Part shown: piece by piece, positions 11,871 through 24,044 of the stretch
How positions within the stretch are numbered: the first letter of the stretch is position 1
How the letters are laid out: the number at the start of each line of letters is the position of its first letter
Source: Squalus acanthias
Taxonomy: Eukaryota
NCBI GenBank assembly: GCA_030390025.1
Contig: CM059433.1
Span: forward strand, 32,676,001 to 32,740,000
DNA length: 64,000 nt
Direction of reading: 5' to 3'
The notes under the pieces: generated by a model
Databases searched by the model: none
What the model saw: only the letters and a program-made list of their open reading frames with translations
Told to the model about the DNA's origin: nothing
Position numbers and translations under genes: made by a program

Positions 11871-12549
11871 TTTTCACTATTGGGGGAGTTTAGTTGAAAG
11901 AAGTGTGTAGGTGCCATCCCTACAGAATGATGTAGGCCAAACATTTCTTCTTCCCTGAAGCCCAAGCTATTTCTAACAAACATACCCACTTCCACCTCCC
12001 ACCAGTACCATTCCCACACCCCCACCACCCCAGATATCGGCACAAGCGTCTTTCAAACTGCGATTCAAACTCAGGCGTCCTGCTGAGATGACTGTTCTGC
12101 ACCTCCTTAGACGTGAAAAGAAAATGTCAGATTTGCAGACAAGTTTGGTTAAATCTGACAGCTGCTTTTGTGCTGGTTCACGAAACTCCTCTGTTTATAA
12201 TGCAGGGTGGTTTCTTGAACCAGCAGGCAGAAGAAAAAAATACTCATTACTGCCATGAACCTTCATGCCCTCTTGTAGCTAGCTCTGGCTTCCTTGAAGC
12301 ACATAGTCCACTGCCTCTGTCCCAGCAGGGAAAGATTAAACCCAAATAATGGGGCTGGTGCAAAGGGATATTTGTCTGTAGGTGTACATTATACCAGCAC
12401 ACATCAACTTTGTGTTGACAGTGAGGGAATATTTGACACTTTTATTTCCAGATAAACATTACAGATGTAATTGTAATGCTGTGAAACCTTAGTTTAGGAA
12501 GATCATTCTACTACTGGGATGCAGGGCTGAAAACTTTTGAACTCAGTAA

Positions 12550-12960
12550 AGAAAGAACTTGCATTTATATAGAGCCTTTCATGACCTCAGAACATCCCAA
12601 AGCACTTTACAGACAATTAAGTACTTTTGAAGAGTAATCACTGTTGTAATCACTGCAAACGCAGCAGTTAATTTGCCCATAGCAAGCTCCCACAAACAGC
12701 AATGACATTCTGACCATGACATAGTGATGTTGCTTGAGGGATAAATATTGGCCAGGACACCAGGGAGAGCACCCCTGCTCTTTATCAACCAGTGCCGTGG
12801 GATCTTTTACATCCAACTGAGAGAGCAGATGCGGGCCTCAGTTTCACGTCTCATGTGAAAGACGGCACCTCCGACAGTGCAGCACTCCCTCAGTACTGCA
12901 CTGGAGTGCCAGCCTGGATTATATGCTCAAGACTCTGGAGTGGGACTTGAAGTCATGACT
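12550..12960 (-). mobile_element. Deu-domain SINE, near full length
   Basis: Reverse-complement similarity to the 8836 copy, including B-box-like TTCAAGTCCC. Confidence 0.78.
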
Positions 12961-13549
12961 ATCTAATGGAGTTAGCAGTATCTATTTACTCCATTTGCCT
13001 TCAAATTCACTCAGATTTTGCGTCAAGAGTCGAGGTAGTTTAGAATAATTCACTGTGTGGAAGCTTCGCTAACTTTTATATTTTTTCAATATAAAAATCC
13101 GATGCCATGTTTGTCCATATTTGAATATCTTATTGGATTAAAAAAATTAAATGTTGCAGCTACTGAGATGCTCAGAAAATGATTGTACTTTCCAACATGT
13201 ACCATGTAGGTTTTTAAACAGAATCAGAAATAAGGAGCAACATGTAGGGCGAGGGGTACGGAGCACTAAAAATCAACGTTGTCTCTTCCTGCTCACTGGT
13301 GCCAGTCATGGAGAAGTCTTCTGACTTTCTGGTTGAATTCAGATAGCAATGACTGACTTTGAATGGGTTAATGAGGGAGAAAATGGATGTGGAAAAGAAG
13401 GCAAAAAAGGATGAAGAAAAGAGCAAAACAGATGTGAGAAATTTTTGAACAAAAGAGCCAAAGTCCTCTTTTTCTAAAAAATGGGACAAATGTCAGTCTC
13501 TCTTGAAATCATTGAACCAGTAACAAAAACAATTCAATACAACTGGTCA

Positions 13550-13780
13550 TTTATGGTCTCAGACCAGAAAATGATCAATAAAGCTGCCGGATTGTTAAAA
13601 GTCAACTGGTTCAATAATGTCCTTCAGGGAAGAGAACCTGCCACCCCTATCCCTAGGGCTGGCCTACACAAGACTCCAGGCCAACACTACATGGTTCACT
13701 TAAAGCTCTCAGAGAACCTAGGGATAGGCAATAAATACTGCCTTTGCAGGGTCACTCACATCCCAAGAACAAATTTATAA
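13550..13780 (+). mobile_element. Second SINE family (body shared with LINE 5' UTR at 23150-23310; tail shared with LINE 3' end at 18635-18700)
   Basis: CTGGTTCAATAATGTCCTTCAGGGAAG body and GGCAATAAAT...CACATCCCA tail. Confidence 0.6.
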
Positions 13781-14367
13781 AAAACGATGGTGAGAAGCCA
13801 TAGTAAGTCGTGTTCTTTGACTTCCAAAAGCCCTTTGAGAAACAATTACGTGAAAGACTCGTTCAGCAACAGCAAGACGTGGATGTGGCTAAAGAGAAAA
13901 GAAAGCAGAGTGTAGTCGTCAGGGGAGTTAGGCAGCAACGGGAGAAGGTGTTGCGTAGGGTGCCCCAGGAACCATTTCTGGAACTCGTCCGGTTTCCAGA
14001 ATCCATATTTGGAATCATAAGGCTCAGTTTTAACCATGAGCGGGAATCAGGTGGTCTGGGAAGGGCAAGGTGAGTGCCAAATCCTTATGACCTCGGCAGT
14101 GTGCGACCAGGTAATTTTAACTCCGAGGCTGCTATCTGCATACCGCCAGTCAGCTGCCCGCCCCGAAACTGGCAGGCGACAGTGGAATTACAGGTGACAG
14201 GAGGCCACTGGCCTGCACCGAAGGAACGGTAACAAGCTAAGTCGAGGAGAGTAGCGTTTTGGTAGGGACTTGCATTCTGGAAAGGAGGAGCCCGGGCAGG
14301 GATGGCCGAAACTTTCCTTATTTAAGTTTTGAAAAAAATAAATCAACACGCCTGCAATATTTTTAAT

Positions 14368-14940
14368 AAGAACATGAGAACATAAGATTAGGCCATGAGG
14401 CCCTCGAGTCTGCTCCGCCATTCAATATGATCATGGCTGATCTTCAACCTCAACTCCAGTTTCCCACCCAATCCCCATGTCCCTTGATTCCCCTAGAGTC
14501 CAAAAATCTATCTATCTCAGCCTGGAATATACTCAATGATTCAGCATCCACAGTCCTCTGGGGCAGAGAATTCCAAAGATTCACAACCCTAAGAGTGAAG
14601 AAATTCCTCCTCATCTTAGTCTTACATGGTTGACCCCTTATCCTGAGACAATGCCCCCCAGTTCTAGACTCTCCAGCCAGGGGACACAACCTCTCAGCAT
14701 CTACCCTGTCAATCCCCCTCAGGATCTTATGTTTCAATGAGATCACCTCGCATTCTTCTAAACTCCAGAGAGTATAGGCCCATTCTACTCAATCTCTCCT
14801 CATAGGACAATCCTCTCATCCCAGGGATCAATCTAGTGAACCTTCATTGCAGCGCCTCTAAGGCAAGTATATCCTGCCTCAGCTAAGTACAACAAAACTG
14901 TGCACAGTACTCCAGGTGTGGTCTCACCAAAGCCCTGTAA
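14368..14940 (-). mobile_element. CR1 LINE 3' end
   Basis: RRNFFTLRVVNLWNSLPQ; 3' UTR and (TTCTTATG)-type tail. Confidence 0.88.
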
Positions 14941-16244
14941 GGATCAGAATTGTACGGTTTTGCTTTAAAGGTGATAGCTACGTCCCTGGCCTTTGCTCAA
15001 GCCATTTTTCAATAGGTTTCAAACTGCCTGGAATCTTAGCATTCCATGTGAAAACGTTGTTTGAATATTTGGTAAAAATGATTCCTGCTTCCAATTTTAT
15101 CCCATACATTATGAAAATGGGCAATGCAATCAGAAGAAAGATTAAACAGCTATTGTCAGTACAGTGTTCATTGTGTTTATTATTTATTAACTTGTTGAGT
15201 TGCATGTTTAGTCATAAAGAACCCATACTAGGTACTGCTGTGGCATTAGGAGGATGGTTTAAAAACAAATTGTGCTCTTAAATTGGGCCACGTTTCACTA
15301 CAGTTCCAGATTTCCCATCGTGTCCTTGATACTAATGGATTTCATCACTTCAGACCTTAATATTCCTGAACACTTCAGAGTAAGCACGTTAACATTGAAG
15401 TGAAGGGCTGACTCATTACCTTTTGATCTCCTCCATGCATTTTGATGGCTCAGTGAAAACCTGCATTTTTCAGTTCTTCAAAGGCACAGTCTCCTCGGAT
15501 CTCTTGCACATCTAACTTACAGCTATCACCTCTTACTTTGATAGATTCACCTTAGTCTGTTATTCTACATTTTTAGCCTCATTATCTCCTCTGACCTCAA
15601 ATGGAACTCCCACATCATCTTTGCTGGCTATTTCCTGCGGACACTTTCATTTTCCCTTTGGGGAAACCAGTAGCTTATGTCATTGCTGCTTTGCCAAGCT
15701 TCCCCTTTATGCCTACAGGCATGGCTGCAACTCCTCTGTGGCCCACCATTTCAACTCTCAGTGGGGTCAACAGCGAAGGTCCAGGGCAGGTGCTTCCCGC
15801 CACTTGTGCCGGGATGAGCCTGCCCCTCCCCCACTAGCATGGATTTTCACGGCCACAGTTTTCAAAATAGGCAAAGAGAGAAATTAAAATGGAGGTACGG
15901 AAGAAGACATTCTAACCCAACTTGGCCAAATCTGCCCCACTGGTGAACATACCTCACCTGTGATCTTTCATCCATTGTAGACTTTTTGATATGCATGGGT
16001 GGGCTAGGTATCCTGCCGCTGGGGCGGACTTGGGATACCTACCCCCGCTATATAAAGCCTCATTGGGAGCAGGAAGGGGAAGAACTTCAAAAGAATATAA
16101 GAACGTGGCTTCAAAAAGGGATAGGGACAGTTATAATATTTTTTCAGTATATTGACAGGAAAAGAGGAGTGAGGGAGGAAGTTAGATCTTTAAAAGATAA
16201 AAGTGATGGCATAACTGAAGGTGGTTGAATTACTAAAAAGAAAG

Positions 16245-17110
16245 GAAAGAACTTGCATATATACAATGGCCCAAAAATTCGGCCGTTCTCGGGTGAGTAC
16301 TCAGTGCGTACTCAGCCTGTATTTGTTCCCGAAGTGCCGGTTTCCTGCATGCACTGCGCATGCGCGGGAAACCGGCACTTCCGGTATGGCGAAGGGGGCG
16401 GTTCCTAAGTGAACCGCGTGCGCACTAGAGGCTGTGCGCACGCAGCACACTTAGGTTTTTTTTCAGGTTTCAACGCGAGGGTAAGTATGGAAGATTCTAC
16501 ACACGTAAAAAGGAGGCGTAAGACCCCTTTTGAACAAGGTAAGTAGTTAATTAAGTATAATTTTTAATTTTTTTCAACAGGTTTATCTTTTTTAGAGACT
16601 TTAAAGAAAGGTAAGTTTATTTTTATAACTTTTAAAAAGTATTTACATTTTTTCAAAATTTGTATTTTTGTTTAAAGTGGTCAATTTATTTAATTATAGT
16701 TATTTTATTAATGTGATGGTTTTAAAAAAAATTATTTGAGGTTTAGCTGTTCTTTTGGGGCCGATTTCAATTCACAGATTTGACAGGTCTCCTGTCAAAT
16801 CTATGAATGAAAGATGGTCTGCTGCCATTGGCTCTCCATGGCCCACGTGATCCCAGGGGTCACATCGCACTAACTGCGCCCCTGGAACATGCAAGCACTG
16901 CGCGCCGGCACTAGGGAGAGGCCCAGGACCCGAAGTTCCTGTGGGCCGAAAACACAACGGCAGACGCGGTAAGTGATATCGCGCGCGATCCTTACCCCTG
17001 CGGCAAGCCTCCGAATCGAATTTCTAGGCCATTGCCTTTCATAACCTCAGGATGTCCCAACGCCCTTTACGGCCAATGAAGTACGTTTTGAAGTGTAGTC
17101 ACTGTTGGAA
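16245..17110 (-). mobile_element. Deu-SINE 3' tail fragment interrupted by MITE
   Basis: AAGAACTTGCATATATAC before and GCCTTTCATAACCTCAGGATGTCCCAA after the MITE join into the SINE tail. Confidence 0.6.
16268..17030. mobile_element. Harbinger-type MITE (family of 4346-5067)
   Basis: TIR GGCCCAAAAATTCG / CGAATTTCTAGGCC; shared internal blocks GAAACCGGCA, AGGTAAGTTTATTTTT and CCATGGCCCACGTGATCCCAGGG. Confidence 0.72.
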
Positions 17111-17545
17111 TTAGTTGTATTCCAGAAGTAATCACCAAGGAGAAAAATACTGGCTCTCTAGTATGAATACCATAAAATATTTTGCAATCAGTATGAGTGA
17201 GGTATTTAAGTTAAGAAAAAAGAGGAACATATTTCCTTGTACAGATGGCATATATCCTAGAATGCTGTAGGAGACTAGGGAGCAGGGATGAAGTGATAAA
17301 GGATTACACTGTGTACTGGAGCGTTTCCACATGGTTGGAACCAAGCAAGTATAGTGCCCATACTTAAAAAGGGGGAGCAATTGGCCTGAGGTGGCCACAG
17401 CCTTAGAAACCTTAACACCACAATCACATAAAAAAATGGAAACTATACGAAATAGGTGGGGTGAGATACTGTACTGTAATAGCTTAATATACAACTGTGA
17501 GAAGTCGCACAACACCAGGTTATAGTCCAACAGGTTTATTTGAAA

Positions 17546-17582
17546 TCACAAGCTTTCGGAGCGCTGCTCCTTCGTCAGGTGA
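17546..17582 (-). ncRNA. Minimal type I hammerhead ribozyme motif
   Basis: Reverse complement reads TCAC-CTGACGA-A-GGAGC-AGC-GCTCC-GAAA-GCTT-GTGA. Confidence 0.8.
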
Positions 17583-18324
17583 AGTGAAGAGATACATATA
17601 GGCACGGCATATATAGTCAGAGAACACAGCCTGAACACAAATACCATCATCACACGTGAGGACACCACCCACCAGGTACATGGTACATACTCATGTGACT
17701 CGGCCAACGTTGTCTACCTCATACGTTGCAGGAAAGGATGCCCCAGAGCATGGTACATCGGCGAGACCATGCAGACACTGCGACAACGTATGAACGGACA
17801 TCGCGCAACAATTGCCAGGCAGGAGTGTTCCCTCCCAGTCGGGGAACACTTCAGCAGTCAAGGACATTCAGCCTCCGATCTTCGGGTAAGCGTTCTCCAA
17901 GGCGGCCTTCGAGACACACGACAACGCAAAATCGTCGAGCAGAAACTGATAGCCAAGTAACGCACCCATGAGGACGGCCTCAACCGGGATCTTGGGTTCA
18001 TGTCACGCTACATGTAACCCCACCTGACGTAGAGTCATCCAGACTCGAGTCGTCGTTGGCTTGTTCTCTCTACACAGATGCGGCCGGACCTGCTGTGATT
18101 TCCAGCAAAAAAAGTTGTTTGTTTTCCATACAGACACCAGCATCTGCCACATTGTCTTTGATGTAATGTTTTCCTGACTGACCTGTTTGGACACCATCCA
18201 CACCTTTGATTGCCGTGATTATCTCTCTGCCGAGGTGTGATAAAGGGCAGTTGGAAAGATTAACTGTAATCATCTGGCTGTGTTCTCTGACTATATATGC
18301 TGTGCCTATATGTATCTCTTCACT

Positions 18325-18361
18325 TCACCTGACGAAGGAGCAGCGCTCCGAAAGCTTGTGA
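18325..18361 (+). ncRNA. Minimal type I hammerhead ribozyme motif
   Basis: TCAC-CTGACGA-A-GGAGC-AGC-GCTCC-GAAA-GCTT-GTGA. Confidence 0.8.
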
Positions 18362-18624
18362 TTTCAAATAAACCTGTTGGACTATAACCTGGTGTTGTGC
18401 GACTTCTCACATTTGTCCACCCCAGTCCAACACCGGCATCTCCACATCATTAATATACAACAGCATGGATTCAGAATGTAAGGTCCTGCTTGACAAACCT
18501 CTTTGATTTCTTCGATGATGCCACAAATAAAATATATTGTGGAAGTGCCCATACGATCGTTTATTTGGACTTCGATAGGGCCTTAAACAAGAGCGTCACA
18601 TGAAGCACTACCAATTTTTAATTA

Positions 18625-19193
18625 AAAAAAAATATTCATTCATGGGATGTGGGTGTCACTGTCAAGGCCATCATTTATTGCCCATCACTAATTGCCCTTG
18701 AGAAGGTGGTGGTGAGCTGCCTTCTCGAACCGCTGCAGTCCGTGTGGTGAAGGTACTCCCACAGTGCTGTTAGGGAGTTCGTTCCAGGATTTTGACCCAG
18801 CCACGATGAAGGATCGGCGATAAATTTCCAAGTCAGAATGGTGTGTGACTTGGAGGGGAACTTGGAGGTGGTGGTGTTCCCATGCGCCTGCTGCCCTTGT
18901 CCTTCTAGGTGGTAGAGGCTGCGGGTTTGGGAGGTGCTGTCGAAGAAGCCTTGGCAAGTTGCTGCAGTGCATCTTGTAGATGGTACACACTGCGGCCATG
19001 GAGGGAGTGAGTGTTTAAGATGATGAAGAGTGAAGAGTTTTCCCCCCGATCCCCATTGACTTCCATTTTACTAGGGCTCCTTGGTGCCAGACTCGGTCAA
19101 ATGTTGCCTTCTTGTCAAGGGCAGTAACTCTCACCTCACCATGCGCCTGCTGCCCTTGTCCTTCTAGGTGGTAGAGGTCACGGATTTGGGAGG
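18625..19193 (-). mobile_element. Rearranged 3' part of a non-LTR retrotransposon (CR1-group/RTEX-like, clade undetermined)
   Basis: EVRVTALDKKATFDRVWHQGAL (RT), AAVCTIYKMHC..SWNELPN (C-terminus), short 3' UTR. Confidence 0.75.
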
Positions 19194-20751
19194 TTAAACT
19201 AAAGCCAATGGAATTATAGGTTAGAATATATGGCCAGATCAAAGAAGGAGCAAAGAGAGTGCTCGTGTCAGGCCTAAGACAGCAAATTGAGGTAACATGC
19301 CTGCGATTTTCCAATCTGCAAGGTCAGCAGGTGAGGCTCCCCACAGGTAGCCCATCTTGGTGAACTGGTGAAGCAGATTGCCCAACCATTGCAGAACACT
19401 TACAAAGAGCCGGCAAAAGCTCAATGGACCAAATGGTCTCATTCTGTGCTGTACGATTCTATGAACCCACCAGATTTTCAACTCATTGAATTCAATGTTG
19501 AAATACTAGAAAGAAGAACTTGATGGGCTCAATGGCCTGTTCATCCCTTTGATTTTCCTTTTTCTTATGTCCTCATATTTGTATCCTGGTGCCTGTACCC
19601 CAGCGAGAGTTGGGGAGCTTCAGGAAAAAGGGCAGAAGATTGGGGAATATATATATTTTTATTGTAGCTCAAGCGCATTGAAAATTCCTAGTTCGATGTA
19701 AAAATTGACAAGCCATTAAAGAGTTCAGCAGGGACATGAGAGTTCCAGAGCTATTTGGAGAAGCCGACACTCAGAGCCCTGTTATTCCTGTGGGTTCACT
19801 CCGCATCAGGCATGCAAAAGCTTTTTAGCGGGAGCACGCCCGACCTTGACAACTTTAATTGGTTGTTCTTAAGTCTCGCTATTCTGGAGAAGGTAAATCC
19901 AACATCCTTACAATAAGATATTCTGGAATTAACATACCATAAAAGTAAGAGTATTATGTGTAAAAAATAAAATGTATCCCATATTATACAAGGCAGAAAC
20001 TAGGGTAGATGTTCACTTTGTGCGATAATGTAAAACAGGTGATTGCCAATTGGCAGCTCATTTTACATCTCTCCCGATTTTTATGTCCATTGAGCTCTAT
20101 CAGGAATGATGTAAAACATTCAGCCAACTCACTACCACCCGTTTTACACTATTGCACAAAGTCTGTGTCAGAAAGGGGAAAGGTAGACAAGTTATTTTCG
20201 ACCATCTCAAGGATAGATAAAATGCCAACAATACTGAGCTCACCACATGTCCCCAGGAACCTTCTTCCACATTTAAATCTTTCTTTTTATAGTTTTTTTT
20301 ATTACCCTGAAACTCAAGGGACAATTGGGGCGATGAAAAGCTTTTAAAAGAAATTATCAGTCTGACAAATTAAACAATTCACAGAGCGAAGCCATGGCGC
20401 TGCTATCACCTGGAGTGATTTGTAAAATGTTTTACAGAATGCGAAAGAGGGAATATCCCCAAGGGCCATCGGTATACTGTGGTTTACTTTTCATGGATCT
20501 TTCCACTGCTGGGCCCTGTACTCTTACACACAACCCAAAGAATGCTCCCAGCAATTTTCGGATTTCAACCAGGATCTTAATCTTATCGAAGAAGGAAAAA
20601 TATCTGAGGGTCTATCCAATATCGTTCTTGAATATGTATTAGGAACTAATTGTTCAAAGCTTTAGCAAATAGATCTCTGGAGCTACATCGTATCTTGTTT
20701 TTAATAATCATTAGCTTGGTTTCACATAATGCGCAGCGTTAATTAAAAAAC

Positions 20752-21065
20752 AACAACAACTTGTATTTATATAGCGCCTTTAAAGTAGTAAAACGTCCCA
20801 AGGCGCTTCACAGGAGTATTATAAGACAAAAATTTGATGTCAAGCCACATAAGGAGAAATTAGGGCAGATGAACAAAAGCTTAATCAAAAAAGTAGGTTT
20901 TAAGGAGCGTCTTAAAGGAAGAAAGCGAGTTAGAGAGGCAGAGAGGTATAGGGAGGAAATTCCAGAGCTTAGGGCGTAGGCAACAGAAGGCATGGCCACC
21001 AATGGTTGAGCGATTATAATCAGGGATGCTCAAGAGGGCAGAATTAGAGGAACACAGATATCTTG
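20752..21065 (-). mobile_element. L2-like LINE 3' end
   Basis: Reverse complement has CCCTAAGCTCTGGAATT, CTTAAAACCTAC and GGCGCTATATAAATACAAG(TTG)n; homologous to the 23475 and 27700 copies. Confidence 0.7.
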
Positions 21066-21794
21066 ATTAATAGATAGCTCAGTAAAAGCAGGCAAACTAG
21101 TCATCGCATTCTCACAGAATCCAAATATCTTTGCCTCCATAAAACAATCACTGGGGGATCATTTTAATTTGGGGTGATAGTGTAAAATGGGCGATATTGA
21201 TTCAGCCGCCTGTTATATATCTCTCCCAATGCCACTGACTTAATGGAACTGAAAGTCAGGAGAGATATAAGGGGAAAACTTCGGTAGGTTAGCGCCTCCC
21301 ATTAGCGCCTGCAGAGGGCGGTAACAGAACGCCGCCTGCAGTAGCACCAGGGCGAGGTGAATCCAGTACCACACAGCATTGCTGGCTGTGCAGCTGCCTC
21401 AGCAAGGAGAAGCACAACAAGGAGGAGGAGCCGGAGGACTGAAGCAGGTGTGCTCATGGCAGCTATACCTCACTCAGGTGGTCAGGGTGATTGAATGCTT
21501 CATGCCACCATCTGTACCACAAGCTACACACACTGCCAAAGCACCAGACTCCCAGCACTCATCCACCAACAATCTCTACCTACCAACACTCACACCCACA
21601 TCCCACGCCTTGCACACAATGACAACTATTTAACTATTGCAAGCACAAGGGTCATTAGTTATTAAAATGAATGTGATATGTGTGATATGCTTATGCATAA
21701 ATTCATTAATGGAGTTTGCAATATTTTGTGGTCTCTCTCATTTCACCTTTGCACCCAGGAGGACGCCGTTTCTTGATATCACATGGAGTAAATC

Positions 21795-23453
21795 AAATTG
21801 GCGGAAGACTGGCTTCTGTGATGGTGGGGACCTCAGGTGGAGGCCGATATGGATCATCCACTTGGCACTTCTGGCTGAAGATGATTACAAATGCTTCAGC
21901 CTTGTCTTTTGCACTTGCGTGCTGGGCTCCGTCATCATTGAGGGTGGGGATATTCCTGGAGCCTCCTCCTCCTGTTAGTTTTTTAATTGTCCACCACTAT
22001 TCACGACTGGAAGTGGCAGGACTGCAGAGCTTTGATCTGATCAGTTGATTGTGGGATCGCTTAGCCCTGTCTATAACATGCTGCTTCCACTTTTTAGCAT
22101 GCATGTAGTCCTGTGTTGCAGCTTCCTCAGGATGGCACCTCATTTTTAGGTACGACTGGTGCTGCTCCTGGCATGCTCTTCTACACTCCTTATTGAACCA
22201 GGGTTGGTAGAGTGAGGGATATGCCGGGCCATGAGTTTACAGATTGTGGTGGAATATATTTCTGCTGCTGCTGATGGCCCACAGCGCCTCATGGATGCCC
22301 AGTTTTGAGCTGCTAGAATCTGTTCAGAATCTATCCCATTTAGCATGGTGGTAGTGCCACACAACACGATGGAGGGTGTCCTCAGTCTGAAGACGGGACT
22401 TCGTCTCCACAATGACTGTGCGGTGGTCACTGCTACCAATTCTGTCATGGACAGATGCATCTGTGACAGGTAGATTGGTGAGGACGAGGTCAAGTAGGTT
22501 TTTCCCTTGTGTTGGTTCTCTCACCACCTGCCGCAAGTCCTATTCTGGCAGCTATGTCCTTCAGGACTCGGCCAGTAGTGTTGCTACTGAGCCACTCTTG
22601 GTGATAGACATTGAAGTCCCCCACTCAGAGTACATTCTGTGGCCTTGCTACCCTCAGTGCTTCTTCCAAGTGGTATTAACATGGAGGATTACTGATTCAT
22701 CAGCTGAGTATGGGCAGTATGTGGTAATCAGCAGGAGCTTTCCTTGCCCGTGTTTGACCTGAAGACATGAGACTTCATGGGGTCTGGCGTCAATGTTGAG
22801 GACTCCCAGGGCCACTCCCTTCCGACTGTATACCACTGTGCCACCGCCTCTGGTGAGTTTGTTCTGCCGGTGGGACAGGACATACCTAGGGATGGTGATG
22901 GAGAAATCTAGGACATTGGCTGAAAGTTATGATTCTGTGAGGATGACTATGTCAGGCTGTTGCTTGACTAGTCTGTGGGACAGCTCTCCCAATTTTGCCA
23001 CAAGTCCCCAGATGTTAGTGAGGAGGACTTTGCAGGGTCGACTGGGCTGGGGTTTGCCGTTGTCGTTGCTCATGTCTGAAGCCAGTGCTGAGGTCGATGC
23101 CGGGCGGTCCATCCGGTTTTATTCTTTTTATTGTTGTTCATAGCGGTCATGTACAACTGAGTGGCTTGCTAGGCCATTTCAGAGGGCAGTTAAGAGTCAA
23201 CCACATTGCTGTGGGTCTGGAATCACATAGACGGCAGATTTCCTTCCCTAAAGGACATTAGTGAACCAGATAGGTTTTTACAACAATCCGATAGTTTCAT
23301 GGTCACCATTACTGATATTAGCTTTTTATTTATTTAGTAACTGAATTAAATTCCCCAGCTGCCGTGGTGGGATTTGAACTCACGTCTCTGGATCATTCGT
23401 CCAGGCCTCAGGATTAACTAGTCCTGTAAGCTAACCACCATGCTACCATTCCC
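21795..23453 (-). mobile_element. 5' half of non-LTR retrotransposon: tRNA-like head, SINE-like body, then AP-endonuclease ORF (degraded)
   Basis: B box GAGTTCAAATCCC (about 23369-23381); ORF pieces VLLTNIWGL..QPDIVILTES, LLLITTYCP, VVREPTQGKNLLDLVLTN..SSDH. Confidence 0.78.
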
Positions 23454-23474
23454 GCGCACTATGCTACCATTTCC

Positions 23475-23690
23475 ACTCTGGAATTGCCTCCCTGAACCTC
23501 TCCACCCCTCTCTCCTCCTTTAAGGCACTGCTTAAAACCTACCTCTTTGATCAAGCTTTTGGTCACCTATCCTTATCTCTCCTTCTTTGATTTGGTGTCA
23601 ATTTTTGTCTGATTACCCTTCTGTGAAGTGCCCTGGTGTGTTTTACTATAAAAAAAGACACTTATATAAATGCAAGTTGTTGTTGTTGAT
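23475..23690 (+). mobile_element. L2-like LINE 3' end
   Basis: CTCTGGAATT..CTTAAAACCTACCTCTTTGA..TATATAAATGCAAG(TTG)n. Confidence 0.7.
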
Positions 23691-24044
23691 GATAAGGAGC
23701 TATATAAATCAAGTTTTTCTCTCCTGCTTTCCTTGGTGGACATAGTTGCCCTCTGCTCCTACAGTCTCTGTAACCCTGAATGGGTTTATCTTGCTTCTCC
23801 TTAAGTTATTGTAAGAAATCTGCACGGTTGTATCCTGTCTATGCTGCAGCTCATTTTGGTACCACAAACTCAGACACCAGCTGTAGGAACTTCAAGTTAA
23901 GGAGATATATTTCACATGATGTTTTAATACCAATGATATACTCATCCTTGAGCCTGAAAAATAAATGACTTACTACATTACTTCAGATAAATTGAGAATT
24001 CAATCCTATCTCAGTAATTCATTTGCAGTGTTTCCATTTCTGGT

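Larger units (their letters stand above)
17496..18449 (+). mobile_element. Penelope-like element, short 5'-truncated copy with inverted 5' pLTR
   Basis: About 135-bp inverted pLTR (17496-17631), GIY-YIG remnant (17632-18017), 3' UTR, pLTR plus tail; TSD TTAATATACAAC at 17484-17495 and 18450-18461. Confidence 0.9.
16080..19460 (+). mobile_element. Old degraded CR1 ORF2 hosting SINE, MITE, PLE and LINE insertions
   Basis: Scattered remnants such as QHGF..SCLTNLFDFFD and VYLDFDRA at 18461-18600; CR1-like 3' UTR near 19420-19460. Confidence 0.5.

Noticed and set aside
23340..23453. tRNA gene
   Set aside because: A/B-box-like motifs are present, but I could not fold a cloverleaf and the sequence continues into a retroelement body
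18625..23453. One LINE split by a 2.6-kb insertion
   Set aside because: The 3' piece sits inside an old CR1 that resumes at about 19194, and the intervening DNA is heterogeneous, so separate insertions are more likely
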